A DNA stretch of 64,000 nt from an uncultured Gemmatimonadaceae bacterium (GCA_963829055.1 CAWHHI010000004.1:64001-128000), one strand, 5' to 3'. Shown: positions 1 through 10,737, counted from the stretch's first letter. Made by a program: numbers and translations. Notes: generated by a model from the sequence alone, not told the origin.

Positions 1-363
1 AACCATGAGCGCGCCCATACCGCCGCGTCCACCGATGACGGCGACGGTTCGCGTTTGCGTCTCGTACGGCAACTCCGCGCGCAGTGATGCCTGGTGATCG
101 CGCCCCGCGCGCAGGAGCACCCGGAATACCGATTCCATCTCGCCGCTCGGCAACCCTAACGCTTCGGCGCGCTCGCAGCGGTCGGCGAGAAGCTCGCGTT
201 CGCGGGCCGAGTCGCGGATGCGGAGGCCGTGTTGCCGCTTGTACGCCGCGATCTCGCCAACGATGGCCATGCGGCGCGCGACGATCTGCAGCAGGTCCCG
301 GTCGAGCACATCGACCATGGCGCGAAGGACCGGGAGCGGTCGGGGGGTGGCGTCGTCAATCAT
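1..363 (-). CDS. tyrA: Bifunctional chorismate mutase/prephenate dehydrogenase, N-terminal part (runs off window edge)
   Basis: Manual translation from ATG at 363: MIDDATPRPLPVLRAMVDVLDRDLLQIVARRMAIVGEIAAYKRQHGLRIRDSAREREL (AroQ-type CM), then RTVAVIGGRGGMG (Rossmann motif of PDH). Not in the ORF track. Confidence 0.88.
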   Translation of the reverse strand, partial: MIDDATPRPLPVLRAMVDVLDRDLLQIVARRMAIVGEIAAYKRQHGLRIRDSARERELLADRCERAEALGLPSGEMESVFRVLLRAGRDHQASLRAELPYETQTRTVAVIGGRGGMGALMV

Positions 364-374
364 GAGCGGAAATG

Positions 375-507
375 TGTCATCCCGAGGAGCGCCAGAGCCT
401 GCCCTGAGGAGTGCAGCGACGAAGGGAGGGACCTTCTGTGGGGTACTCGTGGCCGGACTAGCTACGATGACGTTAAGCAAGATCCCTCGCTGGCGCTCGG
501 GATGACA
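375..507. repeat. GTCATCCCGAG-type palindromic REP/MITE-like element, copy 1
   Basis: TGTCATCCCGAG...GAGGGACCTT...inner hairpin...AAGATCCCTC...CTCGGGATGACA. Confidence 0.9.
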
Positions 508-598
508 ACTGACGTCGGGATGACGCATCTATCGCTCGGCCATCCACTTGTCCTGCAGCACGACGTCGACGCGAGAGGTGGTCGAGCTACGATTCGAG

Positions 599-1435
599 CT
601 ACTCGATGTGGGCCACGCCATTGCCGGGTTTGGCAAACCGGATGAACACTGCCGGGTCGTGTCCCGGGATAATGAGCCGCGGCATCGAGGCGAGGCGCGT
701 CATGCGTTCCTGCGCAGCGAGGTTCGAGAGCGAGTCGAGCGTCTGTGCGATCGGACGGTGCGTGTCGAGATTCTCGTACAGGTACGCATTGTCGGACGCG
801 ATGACGACGGTGCCGCCCTTCGTCGCCACGGTCGCGTACTGCGAGGCGAACGTGTGCTTGCCGCCGGTGAACACGGTGATGCCAGGGATGATCTGTACGG
901 AGTCGCCGTCGATCTGATTGACGCGACCGCGCTTCGCGAGATCGGCGAACATCTTGGCGTCGTCGGGATCGATGGCGCGGTCCAGTGCGCCGCCCATGGC
1001 GCCGACGTGATGCTCGTACTCTTCCTTCTGGATCCAGATGCGCGCGTTAGGAAACAGATCGGCGCCATCAGCGTGATCCCAGTGGATGTGCGAGATGATG
1101 ATGTCCGTGACATCTTCGGGCTTCACCCCAGCGCGCGTGACGGCGACCGCGGGCGAGACGAAGTCGACCGGCTTCCACCGCTGCACGAACTTGTCGCGGT
1201 AGAACCCGGCGTCGACGAGCACGGTGCGCCCGTTGCCGCGGAGAAGCCAGACGGTCATCGCGATGTCCATGCGGCGGCTGGTATCGGCGCCGGCAATCAG
1301 GCCACGAACGGGGAAGCCGGCGATGGTCGCGTAGCGGACAGCGTACACGTCGTACGTCGGCGCTTGCTGCGCGCTCACCGGCGTCGCGGCGGTGAGCGAG
1401 AGGGCGAACAGGGCACAGGTACGAAGCGGGCTCAC
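599..1435 (-). CDS. Exported metallo-beta-lactamase-fold hydrolase (N-acyl homoserine lactonase family)
   Basis: HIHWDHAD (HxHxDH), GGKHT, IPGHDP motifs; signal peptide; GTG start after AGGAG. Confidence 0.82.
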   Translation of the reverse strand: MSPLRTCALFALSLTAATPVSAQQAPTYDVYAVRYATIAGFPVRGLIAGADTSRRMDIAMTVWLLRGNGRTVLVDAGFYRDKFVQRWKPVDFVSPAVAVTRAGVKPEDVTDIIISHIHWDHADGADLFPNARIWIQKEEYEHHVGAMGGALDRAIDPDDAKMFADLAKRGRVNQIDGDSVQIIPGITVFTGGKHTFASQYATVATKGGTVVIASDNAYLYENLDTHRPIAQTLDSLSNLAAQERMTRLASMPRLIIPGHDPAVFIRFAKPGNGVAHIE

Positions 1436-1607
1436 GATACTCCTCACAATGAAATCGTTAGGCTCCCGGCGGCTGGCACAGGTACAACGCTGCGCAGACA
1501 TCGCCGCGGTGTAAAGGAAGCGTATCCCAGGTGCTTGGCGAAGCTTGACGCCACGGTCATGTCGGTCGTAGGCTCCCGCCTCTTTCTCTAGCGCGGAGTA
1601 GACTGCG

Positions 1608-2087
1608 GTGTTTTCGGGTGAGCAAGTAGCCAGCCTGCTGAAGGAGCTCGGTGTGACACATGTCATTACCGTCCCCGACAGCACCATCGGCCGGTGGGAA
1701 GCCGCCATCGAGCAGTCGGGCAGCGTGCGGCTCGTGCGCGTCTGCCGCGAAGGCGAGGCCTGGCAAGTCGCCGCCGGCCTGCACCTTGGCGGCGCGACAC
1801 CGCTCGTCATGATCCAGTGCACCGGCCTGTTCGAGTCCGGTGACGCGCTGCGCAACGTGCTTCACGACTGGAAGCTGCCCGTGTTCGCCATCATCGGCTA
1901 CCGCAGCTACCTCGATCAGGCGAAGCTGCCGGGCGACACGTGCCTCGTGTTCACGGAACCCGTGCTCGATGCGTGGCGGATCGACTATCGCCTCATCACG
2001 TCTCCATCGCAGCTGGACGTGATCCGTGCCCATTACCTCGATTGCCGCGACAGCGGACGCGCCGGTGCGGCGCTCATCGCCGAATGA
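1608..2087 (+). CDS. TPP-dependent decarboxylase alpha subunit (sulfopyruvate/phosphonopyruvate decarboxylase ComD-like)
   Basis: GVTHVITVPDS, CREGEA, MIQCTG; ATGA overlap with next gene. Confidence 0.72.
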   Translation: MFSGEQVASLLKELGVTHVITVPDSTIGRWEAAIEQSGSVRLVRVCREGEAWQVAAGLHLGGATPLVMIQCTGLFESGDALRNVLHDWKLPVFAIIGYRSYLDQAKLPGDTCLVFTEPVLDAWRIDYRLITSPSQLDVIRAHYLDCRDSGRAGAALIAE

Positions 2088-2743
2088 CCACAGTGCCCAT
2101 CGATCCGAACAGTGAAGCGCGCATGCCGCTCGTGCCCGCGCTCGAGACGCTCCGCCGTGCCCGCCGCGACGACGAGGTCGTGATCACGACCATGGGCTCC
2201 GCCCGCGAATGGATGAAGTTCGGCGCGCCGCACGCGCTCGACATCATTCTCGTCCCGTCGAGCATGGGACATGGCACGTCGATCGGGTTGGGGCTGGCGC
2301 TCGCGCGTCCGGACCGCCGCATCATCGTCTGCAGCGGCGACGGATCGCTGCTCATGAACCTCGGGTCGCTGGCGTCGATCGTCGCCGCGAAGGTCCCGAA
2401 CCTCGTCGTCCTCGTATTCGACAACGGCGTTTACGAGGTCACCGGTCAGCAGCCGACGGCGGCGGCATCGTCGGGTCGCGCGGACGGACGAGCGGCGGAC
2501 TTTCCAGGCATCGCCCGCGCCTGCGGCTTCGATTCGGTGCATCGATTTACGGATGCGGCCGAGTGGGCGGCGAACGCGCGCAATGTCCTCGATGCCGCGG
2601 GCCCGACGTTCGTTGCGCTGCATGTCGCGCCGGTGGTCGGCGGCATCGCGCCACATTCGCCCGGCCCCGCGCCCGCCCGGGCGCAGGCCTTCAGGAAAGC
2701 GTTAGGCGCGTCATCCCGAGCGCCAGCGAGGGACCTCCCGTGA
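2084..2743 (+). CDS. TPP-dependent decarboxylase beta subunit (ComE-like)
   Basis: SSMGHG, GDGSLLMNLG...DNGVYEVTGQQ TPP-binding motif. Confidence 0.78.
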   Translation: MTTVPIDPNSEARMPLVPALETLRRARRDDEVVITTMGSAREWMKFGAPHALDIILVPSSMGHGTSIGLGLALARPDRRIIVCSGDGSLLMNLGSLASIVAAKVPNLVVLVFDNGVYEVTGQQPTAAASSGRADGRAADFPGIARACGFDSVHRFTDAAEWAANARNVLDAAGPTFVALHVAPVVGGIAPHSPGPAPARAQAFRKALGASSRAPARDLP

Positions 2744-2880
2744 TGTCATCATAGCCGACTCTCGGCGACTACTGCCCACGATGACGGTCGAGAAGGTCCC
2801 TCGTCGCTGTCGCTCCTCGGGATGACACGGTTTTCTCCCGCCCTCCGCCTTCCGCCTTCCGCCTTCCGCCTCCTCCTTCC
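2710..2880. repeat. GTCATCCCGAG element copy 2 plus (CCGCCTT)n heptamer tract
   Basis: Terminal inverted repeats 2710-2826, heptamers ~2838-2880. Confidence 0.88.
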
Positions 2881-2889
2881 GGAGGCCTC

Positions 2890-3498
2890 TTACGTCAGAA
2901 CCGTCCGAAACGTGTTCTCGATGACTGCCTCGAGTGGCGCCGGGCTGCGGAGCAGTCGCGACCGCATGGCCGCGCCCTCCCAGCAGTCCAGCATCAGGTT
3001 CGCCGTCTGGAGCGTATCCGTTTCTGTCGGCATGTCGCCGCGACGTCGCGCTTCGTCGAGCGTTTCGGCCAGCCGCCCCGCGATGCCATCGAACGCCGCC
3101 TCGATGTGGCGCCTGAACGCCGTGTTGACCGCCGCCAATTCCTGTCCAAGCAGCCCAATCAGCGAGCCGAGGTAGCCCTGGCTCGCGTACATGGCCAGCA
3201 GTCGTTCGAAGAAGAGACGGACCCGCTCCAGCGGTGCACGTTCCTGCTCGGATAGCGATTGGTCCAACAAGACATGGACCTCCGCGAGGTACCGCCCCAC
3301 CACGTGGAGCGCAAAATCTTCCTTGCTCGCGAAGTGGTGATAGAACGACCCCTTGGGGACGTTCGTCGCTACCAGGAGATCCTGAATGCCGGTCGCGTTG
3401 TAGCCGCGCTCGAGGAGCGTGGCGAGGCCGACATCCAGTAGCCGGCGCTTCGTCGCGTGCAGGGAATCATCGGCGGGTAGAGCAAGCGGTCCAGTCAT
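2890..3498 (-). CDS. TetR/AcrR family transcriptional regulator (NemR-like)
   Basis: GYNATGIQDLL...VPKGSFYHHFASKEDF HTH; WEGA motif. Confidence 0.9.
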   Translation of the reverse strand: MTGPLALPADDSLHATKRRLLDVGLATLLERGYNATGIQDLLVATNVPKGSFYHHFASKEDFALHVVGRYLAEVHVLLDQSLSEQERAPLERVRLFFERLLAMYASQGYLGSLIGLLGQELAAVNTAFRRHIEAAFDGIAGRLAETLDEARRRGDMPTETDTLQTANLMLDCWEGAAMRSRLLRSPAPLEAVIENTFRTVLT

Positions 3499-3651
3499 GG
3501 TTCGAAAGTGGGGCAGGGACCAAGCGAATCATCGCCGAGCTGAATGGGCTCGACGCGCGGTACGGTGCTTACGATGACTCCCGAACCCTGCAACCCACTC
3601 CGCCGTCACCCGTTCGCTACTGGAATGGCTCGCGAATGGGCACAGTATCGC

Positions 3652-4101
3652 TCACGCGTGTCGACCAGCCGAGGGTCCGGATCCCTCCGTACCCGCGTCG
3701 GCCCGTCGAGTTCGCGTGGCGAAGCGAAGTCGAATTGCGGCCGCGAGAAATCCGAGGAGCGCGCCGGCGAGTCCGGCGGGTAAGGACGTGAGGGACGGAA
3801 GGCCGACGCTACCGAGGACAAGGCCGACTGCCGCGCCCGCGGTCGTGCCAATGGAGGTCTGAGCGAGCGCTCGACCCAGCGGCACGCGTCGAAGGAACGC
3901 CCACGCGGTGATCGGCGCGAGCACTGCCCCCAGACCCGCGCCCACCCCGGCGCCAACGCCCGCGCTCGCGAGAAAGTCGGTTCCACGTACGCCGAGTCGC
4001 AACGCCCACACGGCTAGTAGCGCGGCACCGAGCGCGCCGCCGATGATGGCACCGATGGCGGCGATGCTGAGTGTGACAGCGGCGACTCGGCCGATGCGCA
4101 T
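3652..4101 (-). CDS. Hypothetical Gly/Ala-rich membrane protein
   Basis: About four hydrophobic segments from MRIGRVAAV. Confidence 0.6.
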   Translation of the reverse strand: MRIGRVAAVTLSIAAIGAIIGGALGAALLAVWALRLGVRGTDFLASAGVGAGVGAGLGAVLAPITAWAFLRRVPLGRALAQTSIGTTAGAAVGLVLGSVGLPSLTSLPAGLAGALLGFLAAAIRLRFATRTRRADAGTEGSGPSAGRHA

Positions 4102-4279
4102 TTCAGAGCGGTTGAACGGTGGGCGGACGACAAGATGAAAGCTCATGCCGTGCCGCGGCGCACGCCAGTCGGCCGGTCACATCACTGCAGCGCAATGAAA
4201 AATCCACCATCGCGACACCATGACCCGAACGCTACCGTAGTTGTCGAACCACCAACCCTTTCATCGAGGACATCACTGA

Positions 4280-4681
4280 ATGTCGCTTCATCTGATCACG
4301 CGTGTCGCGGCCGTCGCTGCGGTCGCCGCCAGCACCGCTGCGTTCGTGGCGGCCGACCTCAAAGGCGACTACAACATCGAACTCGTCGTCGAGGGAACCA
4401 CGTACACCGGTACGCAGAAGACGACGTCCGGAACCAAGGGCGCGTACACCGGCAAGATGGAGTTCACGTCGCCGTCCTCCATTCTCGCTGATGTGACCGG
4501 AAAGACGGCGGGCGACTCGGTGACCTACGAGGCGAAGTACGAGGACAAGGGCCGCGGTTGTACCGGTACGCTCGTCGGGGAGAGGCACTGTCGAGAAGGA
4601 CGGGAGCAAGGCGGCTGGCGCGCTCGCGATCAACGACAGCTGCGCGGGAGAGCTGACGGGCACGTTCCGCCTCTGGCGGTA
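4280..4681 (+). CDS. Exported hypothetical protein (frameshift near 4575)
   Basis: Signal peptide; alternative frame continues GTVEKDGSKAAGALAINDSCAGELTGTFRLWR-stop. Confidence 0.6.
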
Positions 4682-4852
4682 GCGCGTCGGGACCTGTCGC
4701 CATGGTTGTAGTGCACGAGCCGGTGTGGCTCGTGCCGACATCCGAGGGGTATTCGTCATTCGGCGTCGCATGGCTATCATGACAGGCTGTGCGACGCGCG
4801 CGCATCGTCCGGTGGCGCATCAGCCGCATTCCCCTCACGTCGAGCTCGAGCA

Positions 4853-5945
4853 GTGCAGTCGTCGATCGTTCTACTCTTCGCGTCCGCCATCATCGCGGCG
4901 CCCGTGCTGGGCCAGAGCCCACCCCCGTCGAACACCGCCAGCAAGTCTGCCGCGCGTGCCGATTCGTTAGGCACCGGAGCAAAAAAGCCGGCGAGCAAAG
5001 GCTCAGTCCGCCAAGACTGACACGACTCATAAGGCAACTTCGTCCACCACCACGCCCTCGAAGCCAGCGCGGAAAACCTGGACTGGAGGCCGGAACGGGT
5101 TTGTGGTCGACAGCGCCGAGGCAGCGAGCCTGTGGCCGGTGAAAGGTCCGACGCCGCTGGCTGGTGCCGTGGTCCCCGCAAAGCGAATCATCGCGTACTA
5201 CGGCAATCCGCTCGTGAAGAAAATGGGCATCCTCGGCGAGCTTCCGCCCGATGAGATGCTCGCGAAGCTCGATACGGAGGTCGAGCGCTGGCGAAAGGCC
5301 GATCCCAGCACGCCTGTACAGCCCGCGCTGCACGTCATTGGCGTCGTCGCGCAGGGGAGCGCCGGCCGTGACGGCATGTGGCGCGCGCGCATGAGCGACT
5401 CGCTCATCGAGCGGGTCTACAGCTGGGCACAGCGAAAGAACGCGCTGCTGTTCATCGACGTGCAGGTCGGCCATAGCACGTTGCAGGCGGAGCTGCCGCG
5501 TCTCGCGAAATTCCTCAAGCGTCCCGACGTGCATCTCGGGATCGATCCCGAATTCTCGATGAAGACCGGAGCGAAACCGGGCACGAAGATCGGGACGTTC
5601 GATGCCGCGGATGTGAACTACGCGACGAAGTTCCTGTCGGAGCTCTCGGCGTCTGAGAACATCCCGCCGAAAGTGCTCGTCGTGCATCGCTTCACGCGGC
5701 CCATGCTCACGAACACGCAGAACATCCGACTCGATCCGCGGGTTCAGATCGTGATCAACATGGACGGCTGGGGCCCGCAGTGGATGAAGCTCGATTCCTA
5801 CCACGACTACGTGTACCTGCACCCGGTGCAGTACACGGGGTTCAAGCTCTTCTACCACAACGATACGAAGAACGGCAACAAGCTTCTGACGCCAGAGCAG
5901 GTGCTGAAGGTGCTGCCGAGGCCGGTGTACATCCAGTACCAGTAG
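4853..5945 (+). CDS. Conserved exported hypothetical protein (probable frameshift near 5005)
   Basis: Signal peptide MQSSIVLLFASAIIAAPVLGQ out of frame with strongly coding ORF 5103-5945 (IIAYYGNP, HLGIDPEF, DGWG, GFKLFY). Confidence 0.7.
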
Positions 5946-6061
5946 GGACTGGGGATCAGGGACTGGGGACTGGGAAAACCCTCGGGACGCTGCTCTTGCG
6001 AGAGGAGCCTCCCGGGGGTTTGCCGTCGCCCAGTCCCCGGTCCCAGTCCCCAGTCCCCAGT
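5945..6061. repeat. Inverted heptamer arms (GGGACTG)n/(CCCCAGT)n around a hairpin core
   Basis: Seen directly. Confidence 0.88.
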
Positions 6062-6125
6062 CTAGCACGACAGTTGAATAGGAGAGCAGTCAGGACCGTA
6101 CGTCACCAACCCCAGTCTTCCTGAC

Positions 6126-7589
6126 ATGCACCCCTTCAAGTCCGCCCACCGCAGCACCCGATGGATCGCGCTCTCCTTCATGGTTGCCGCGTGCGCGACC
6201 AACCCGGTTACCGGGAAGAGGGAGCTCTCGCTGGTCTCGGAACAGCAAGAGATCCAGATGGGCCAGGAGGGCGCGCAGCAGGTCGCCCAGGAGATCGGGC
6301 TCATCAACGATCAGGCCCTCCAGCAGTACGTGCAGGGTATCGGCGCGGCCATCGCCGCCAAGTCCGAGCGCCCGAATCTCCCGTGGACGTTCCGGGTCGT
6401 CGATGATCCAAGCCCCAACGCGTTTGCGCTGCCAGGTGGCTTCATCTTCGTCACGCGCGGACTGCTCGGCCTCATGAACAACGAGGCCGAACTGGCGTCG
6501 GTCGTCGGGCACGAGATCGGGCACGTGACGGCGCGGCACTCCGTTCACCAGATGAGCGAGCAGCAGGTTTCACAGCTCGCGCTCGGCGTCGGTGCGATTC
6601 TGTCGCCCACCGTCGCCCAATTCGGCAACGTCGCGTCCCAGGGGTTGGGACTTCTGTTCCTCAAGTACGGGCGCGACGACGAGCGCCAGGCGGACGACCT
6701 CGGATTCCGCTACGCGCTGGGGCAGGGGTACGACGTCCGCTACATGGACGATGTCTTCCGCTCGCTGCAGCGGCTGGGCGAGCAGAGCGAGCAGAGCCCA
6801 CTGCCGACGTGGCTGGCCACGCACCCGGGCGAAGCCGAGCGAATTCAGACGATCGATCAGAAGCTGGCGAAGCTCGATCCGAGCCAGCTCGCGAACGCGA
6901 AGGTGAATGCGCAGGGCTACATGCAGCGCGTCAATGGGCTCGTGTACGGACAGAACCCGCGCAACGGCTTCTTCCAGGGCAACACGTTCTATCAGCCCGA
7001 CCTTCGCTTCCAGATGACGTTGCCCAGCGGTTGGCAGGGTCAGAACCTGACGCAGGCCGTCGTCGCCGTGAGCCCGCAGCAGGACGGCATCATTCAGCTC
7101 ACGCTCGCGCAGGGGAATTCACCTGAAGTCGCGGCGAGAACGTTTCTGTCGCAGGAGGGCATTCAGGCAGGACAGGCATCGAAGGAGACGGTGAATGGCG
7201 TTCCGGCGGTCGCCAGCACGTTCCAGGCGAAGACCGAGCAGGGCGTCATCCAGGGCATCGCCGCGTTCTTCACGTACAACGGCACGACGTACCAGGTCAT
7301 TGGCTACGCGCCGGCGCAGAAGTACGGCGCCTACGATCCGGTCTTTCGCCAGGCGCTCGGCAGCTTCGCTCCGGTGACCGATCCGCGGATTCTCGACGTC
7401 CAGCCGAACAAGGTGAATGTCGTGTCGTTGCCGCAATCGATGACGCTCGCGCAATTCGCGCAGAAATATCCGTCCGCCGTCGACGTGACCGAGCTGGCGA
7501 TCGTGAATCAGATCGAGAACCCGAATGCGCCGATCCCCGCGGGAACCGCGGTGAAGCAGATCGTGGCCGGGCGATCACCCAAGGGATGA
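6126..7589 (+). CDS. M48 family zinc metalloprotease lipoprotein
   Basis: Lipobox VAAC, PNAFALPGG, HEIGH, ERQAD, THP. Confidence 0.92.
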   Translation: MHPFKSAHRSTRWIALSFMVAACATNPVTGKRELSLVSEQQEIQMGQEGAQQVAQEIGLINDQALQQYVQGIGAAIAAKSERPNLPWTFRVVDDPSPNAFALPGGFIFVTRGLLGLMNNEAELASVVGHEIGHVTARHSVHQMSEQQVSQLALGVGAILSPTVAQFGNVASQGLGLLFLKYGRDDERQADDLGFRYALGQGYDVRYMDDVFRSLQRLGEQSEQSPLPTWLATHPGEAERIQTIDQKLAKLDPSQLANAKVNAQGYMQRVNGLVYGQNPRNGFFQGNTFYQPDLRFQMTLPSGWQGQNLTQAVVAVSPQQDGIIQLTLAQGNSPEVAARTFLSQEGIQAGQASKETVNGVPAVASTFQAKTEQGVIQGIAAFFTYNGTTYQVIGYAPAQKYGAYDPVFRQALGSFAPVTDPRILDVQPNKVNVVSLPQSMTLAQFAQKYPSAVDVTELAIVNQIENPNAPIPAGTAVKQIVAGRSPKG

Positions 7590-7674
7590 GTGGATGACGG
7601 CACGACAACGACGGGGCGACGCTTCGAAGCGTCGCCCCGTTTTGCGATCTGCCCCCGAGGGCTAGCTTTCGCGC

Positions 7675-8452
7675 ATGACGCCCTGGGTCAAGCGACTGCT
7701 GATCGCCAACGTAGCAATTTTCTTCGTGCAGCTCACTGTGCCGGGAGCAACGCAGTTCCTCGCGTTTCTTCCGTCATACGCGCTCGTGCGACCGTGGTCG
7801 TTTCTGACCTACATGTTTGCGCACAGCACGTCGCAATACACGCACATCCTGTTCAACATGCTGGTCCTGTACTTCTTCGGGCCACGCGTTGAAGAGCGAC
7901 TGGGCAGCACCCATTTCATCCGGCTGTACCTGTTCAGCGGAGTGATGGGTGCGCTGCTCTCGATCGTGTTCAATCAGGGCGGCTCCATCATCGGTGCATC
8001 GGGAGCCGTGTTCGGCGTGCAGCTGGCGTTCGCCAAGTACTGGCCGCGCGAGCGCATCTACATCTGGGGAATCCTTCCGGTCGAAGCGTGGCTACTCGTG
8101 GTGGTCACGACGGTGATCGCGCTGTGGGGCGGTTTCGCCGGTGGCGGCGGTGGGGTAGCGCACTTCGCGCATCTCGGGTGGGTACCTCGGCGCGTGGGTC
8201 TATCTCCTGTGGTCGGATCGACGCTCGCCGGCTCGGCAATGGAAGTCGAAGCTCGAGAAGCCGGCGAAGAAGGCCGAGATCGGCAACTGGAAGACGATCA
8301 ACACGCAGTCGATTCACGAGGTCAACCGCGCCGAGGTGAACCGGATCCTCGACAAGATCAGCGCGAACGGCGTGGACAGCCTAACGCCGGCCGAACGGAC
8401 GTTCCTGAGTCACTTCGCGCCGCCGGACGATCGGCCCGTCAGGCCGACCTGA
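7675..8452 (+). CDS. Rhomboid family intramembrane serine protease (frameshift near 8178)
   Basis: HILFNM, GASGAVFG, AHFAHLG; C-terminal EVNRILDKISANGVDSLTPAERTFL in shifted frame. Confidence 0.88.
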
Positions 8453-8978
8453 AGCAGCTTCGCGCACCCTCAGCTGGGTGGCTGCGGCTCCACCGGTCCG
8501 ACGGTGATCGGTGGAGTGCCGTCTCGACGAATCGGCCCAGCACGAGCACCGCCAGCGCCAGTCCAGCGGCCATGCCGGCAATGTGCCACTGGCCGATGCC
8601 GCATGAAATACCCAGCGCAGCCGCCACCCAGATCGTCGCCGCCGTCGTGAGCCCCTTCACGTCGCGACCTTCGGAGTGGAGAATGACCCCGCCGCCGATG
8701 AACCCGATGCCCGCGATGAGGCCCTGAATGACTCGTGAGGCGGCATCGGCGTGCGTCTGGCCGCCAGCCACACCGAGTTGCAGCGCGGTGACCGTCACGA
8801 GGGCGGCACCGAGTGCCACGAGCGCATGTGTGCGAAGACCGGCAGGCTTCTTCGTCAGCTCACGATTGAGGCCGATCGCGCCGCCAATTCCAGTGGCGGC
8901 CAGCAGACGAAGGATCGCCTCGCTCCAGTCGGGCACAGTGTCGGGCACAATCATGTCCCAATCATACGGCTGTCGCAT
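8439..8978 (-). CDS. MgtC/SapB family membrane protein
   Basis: IGLNRE, AGLRTHALV, GIGFIGGGVI, GLTTAATIW. Confidence 0.92.
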   Translation of the reverse strand: MRQPYDWDMIVPDTVPDWSEAILRLLAATGIGGAIGLNRELTKKPAGLRTHALVALGAALVTVTALQLGVAGGQTHADAASRVIQGLIAGIGFIGGGVILHSEGRDVKGLTTAATIWVAAALGISCGIGQWHIAGMAAGLALAVLVLGRFVETALHRSPSDRWSRSHPAEGARSCFRSA

Positions 8979-9065
8979 CCATTCCGCTTGAGCGATGGGC
9001 GCGCATCCCCTACCTTGTCGCTCGACTGCGCAGAGGCGCGCGACTCCCGCTGCATCGGTGATGCG

Positions 9066-9302
9066 TTGAGCGAACGAATCCTACAGCTCGAGATCTTTCC
9101 CGAGGTCCGGCACATCGAGGCCCTCGACCCACGTGTGGCGATCGGACCCGATACGCGCGTCGACGCGTTGTTTCGCGTGCGCTACGGCGAGGCTCGGCAG
9201 GTCCATCAGGTCTATCGAGACCGTCACGGCTGGTATTGCGCGGAGCACGGCCCGGCGTGCACGGCGGTGTCCGACGCGGTCAACGCCGCGAGTCCGCGTT
9301 AG
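9066..9302 (+). CDS. Small hypothetical protein with WYCxxHGxxC motif
   Basis: Coding-like tail of ORF 8751-9302; TTG start assumed. Confidence 0.55.
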   Translation: MSERILQLEIFPEVRHIEALDPRVAIGPDTRVDALFRVRYGEARQVHQVYRDRHGWYCAEHGPACTAVSDAVNAASPR

Positions 9303-9419
9303 GCTCACCCATGAGGACGACCGGCGAGTCGCTGACGAAAGCTGGTGGCCATTGCCCAGCGTGCGATCGACGCCGAGCGTAAGGACACCGAGTAGATCAC
9401 CGTCACCAACGAGGCCGAC

Positions 9420-10733
9420 ATGTGGAAGGGTAGTGTGAGGATGCTGGCGTCCGTCGCGATGCTGGCGTCGATTGCCGGCATAGCTGGCGCGCAACAGCCG
9501 ACTGATCCCGCGCTCGAGGCAAAGGCCCGGGCCATTCACGATCGCGTGATCGCGCTCGACACGCACGTCGACATCGATCCGAAGAACTTCACGACCGCGC
9601 ACCCGAATTACACCGACCGACTGAGCACGCAGGTCAATCTGCCGAAGATGATCGAGGGCGGGCTCGATGCTGTCTTCTTCAGCATCTACGTGGGGCAGGG
9701 TCCGCTGACGGCCGAGGGGTATCAGCGCGCGTACGAGGCCGACATGGAGAAGTTCGCGGCCGTGCACCGTCTCGCCGAGGAGCTGGCGCCCGACAAGATC
9801 GAGATCGCGTACCGCGCGGACGACGTCGCGAAGATCTCCGCCAAGGGAAAGAAGGTCGCGCTGATGGGTGTCGAGAACGCGTACGGCATTGGCACGGACC
9901 TGACGAACATCAAGAAGTTCTACGATCAGGGCGCGCGGTACATGTCGCTCGCGCACAATGGCCACAGCCAGATGTCCGATTCGAACACCGGCGAGCGCGA
10001 CGGCGTGTGGCTGTACCATGGCCTGTCGCCGTTAGGCAAGCAGGCGGTGGCCGAGTTGAACCGGGTCGGCATCATGATCGACATCTCGCATCCGTCCAAG
10101 GAGTCGATGATGCAGACGCTGGCGCTGACGAAAGCGCCGATCATCGCGTCGCACTCGGCCGTGCGGGCGCTGTGCAACGTGAGCCGGAATCTCGATGACG
10201 AGCAGTTGCTCGCGCTCAAGAAGAACGGCGGTGTCGTGCAGATGGTCGCGTTCTCGGGCTACGTGAAGTTGCCGCCAGCTGCATCCCCGGAGCGCCAGCA
10301 GGCGCTCGGCGCATTGCGCACGGAGTTCGGTCTGCCGGCGCCCGGCGGCGGCGCCGGTGCTGGTGGGGCCGGCGGAGCGGGCGGTGGTGGTGGTCGCGGC
10401 GGATTACAGGGCCTAACGCCGGAGAAGCGCGCCGAGTATCAGCGTCGCATGGCGCAGATCGACAGTCAGTTCCCACCGCCGCCGCGCGCGACGGTCAAGG
10501 ACTTCGTCGATCACATCGACTATGCCGTGAAGCTGATCGGCATCGACCACGTCGGCATCAGCTCCGACTTCGACGGCGGCGGTGGCGTCGAGGGCTACAA
10601 CGACGCGACCGAGGCGATCAACGTGACGCGCGAGCTCGTGCGTCGCGGCTACACGGAGGAGCAGATCTCGAAAATGTGGAGCGGCAACCTGCTGCGCGTG
10701 ATGCGCGCCGTGGAGCGAGCGGCGAAAAGCTAG
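9420..10733 (+). CDS. Membrane/renal dipeptidase (peptidase M19)
   Basis: DTHVD, GVEN, IDISH, IASHS, RNLDD, VGISSDFDG; Gly-rich insert. Confidence 0.93.
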   Translation: MWKGSVRMLASVAMLASIAGIAGAQQPTDPALEAKARAIHDRVIALDTHVDIDPKNFTTAHPNYTDRLSTQVNLPKMIEGGLDAVFFSIYVGQGPLTAEGYQRAYEADMEKFAAVHRLAEELAPDKIEIAYRADDVAKISAKGKKVALMGVENAYGIGTDLTNIKKFYDQGARYMSLAHNGHSQMSDSNTGERDGVWLYHGLSPLGKQAVAELNRVGIMIDISHPSKESMMQTLALTKAPIIASHSAVRALCNVSRNLDDEQLLALKKNGGVVQMVAFSGYVKLPPAASPERQQALGALRTEFGLPAPGGGAGAGGAGGAGGGGGRGGLQGLTPEKRAEYQRRMAQIDSQFPPPPRATVKDFVDHIDYAVKLIGIDHVGISSDFDGGGGVEGYNDATEAINVTRELVRRGYTEEQISKMWSGNLLRVMRAVERAAKS

Positions 10734-10737
10734 GCCG

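Noticed and set aside
10340..10405. Gly-rich repeat in the dipeptidase as a separate element
   Set aside because: In-frame low-complexity linker.
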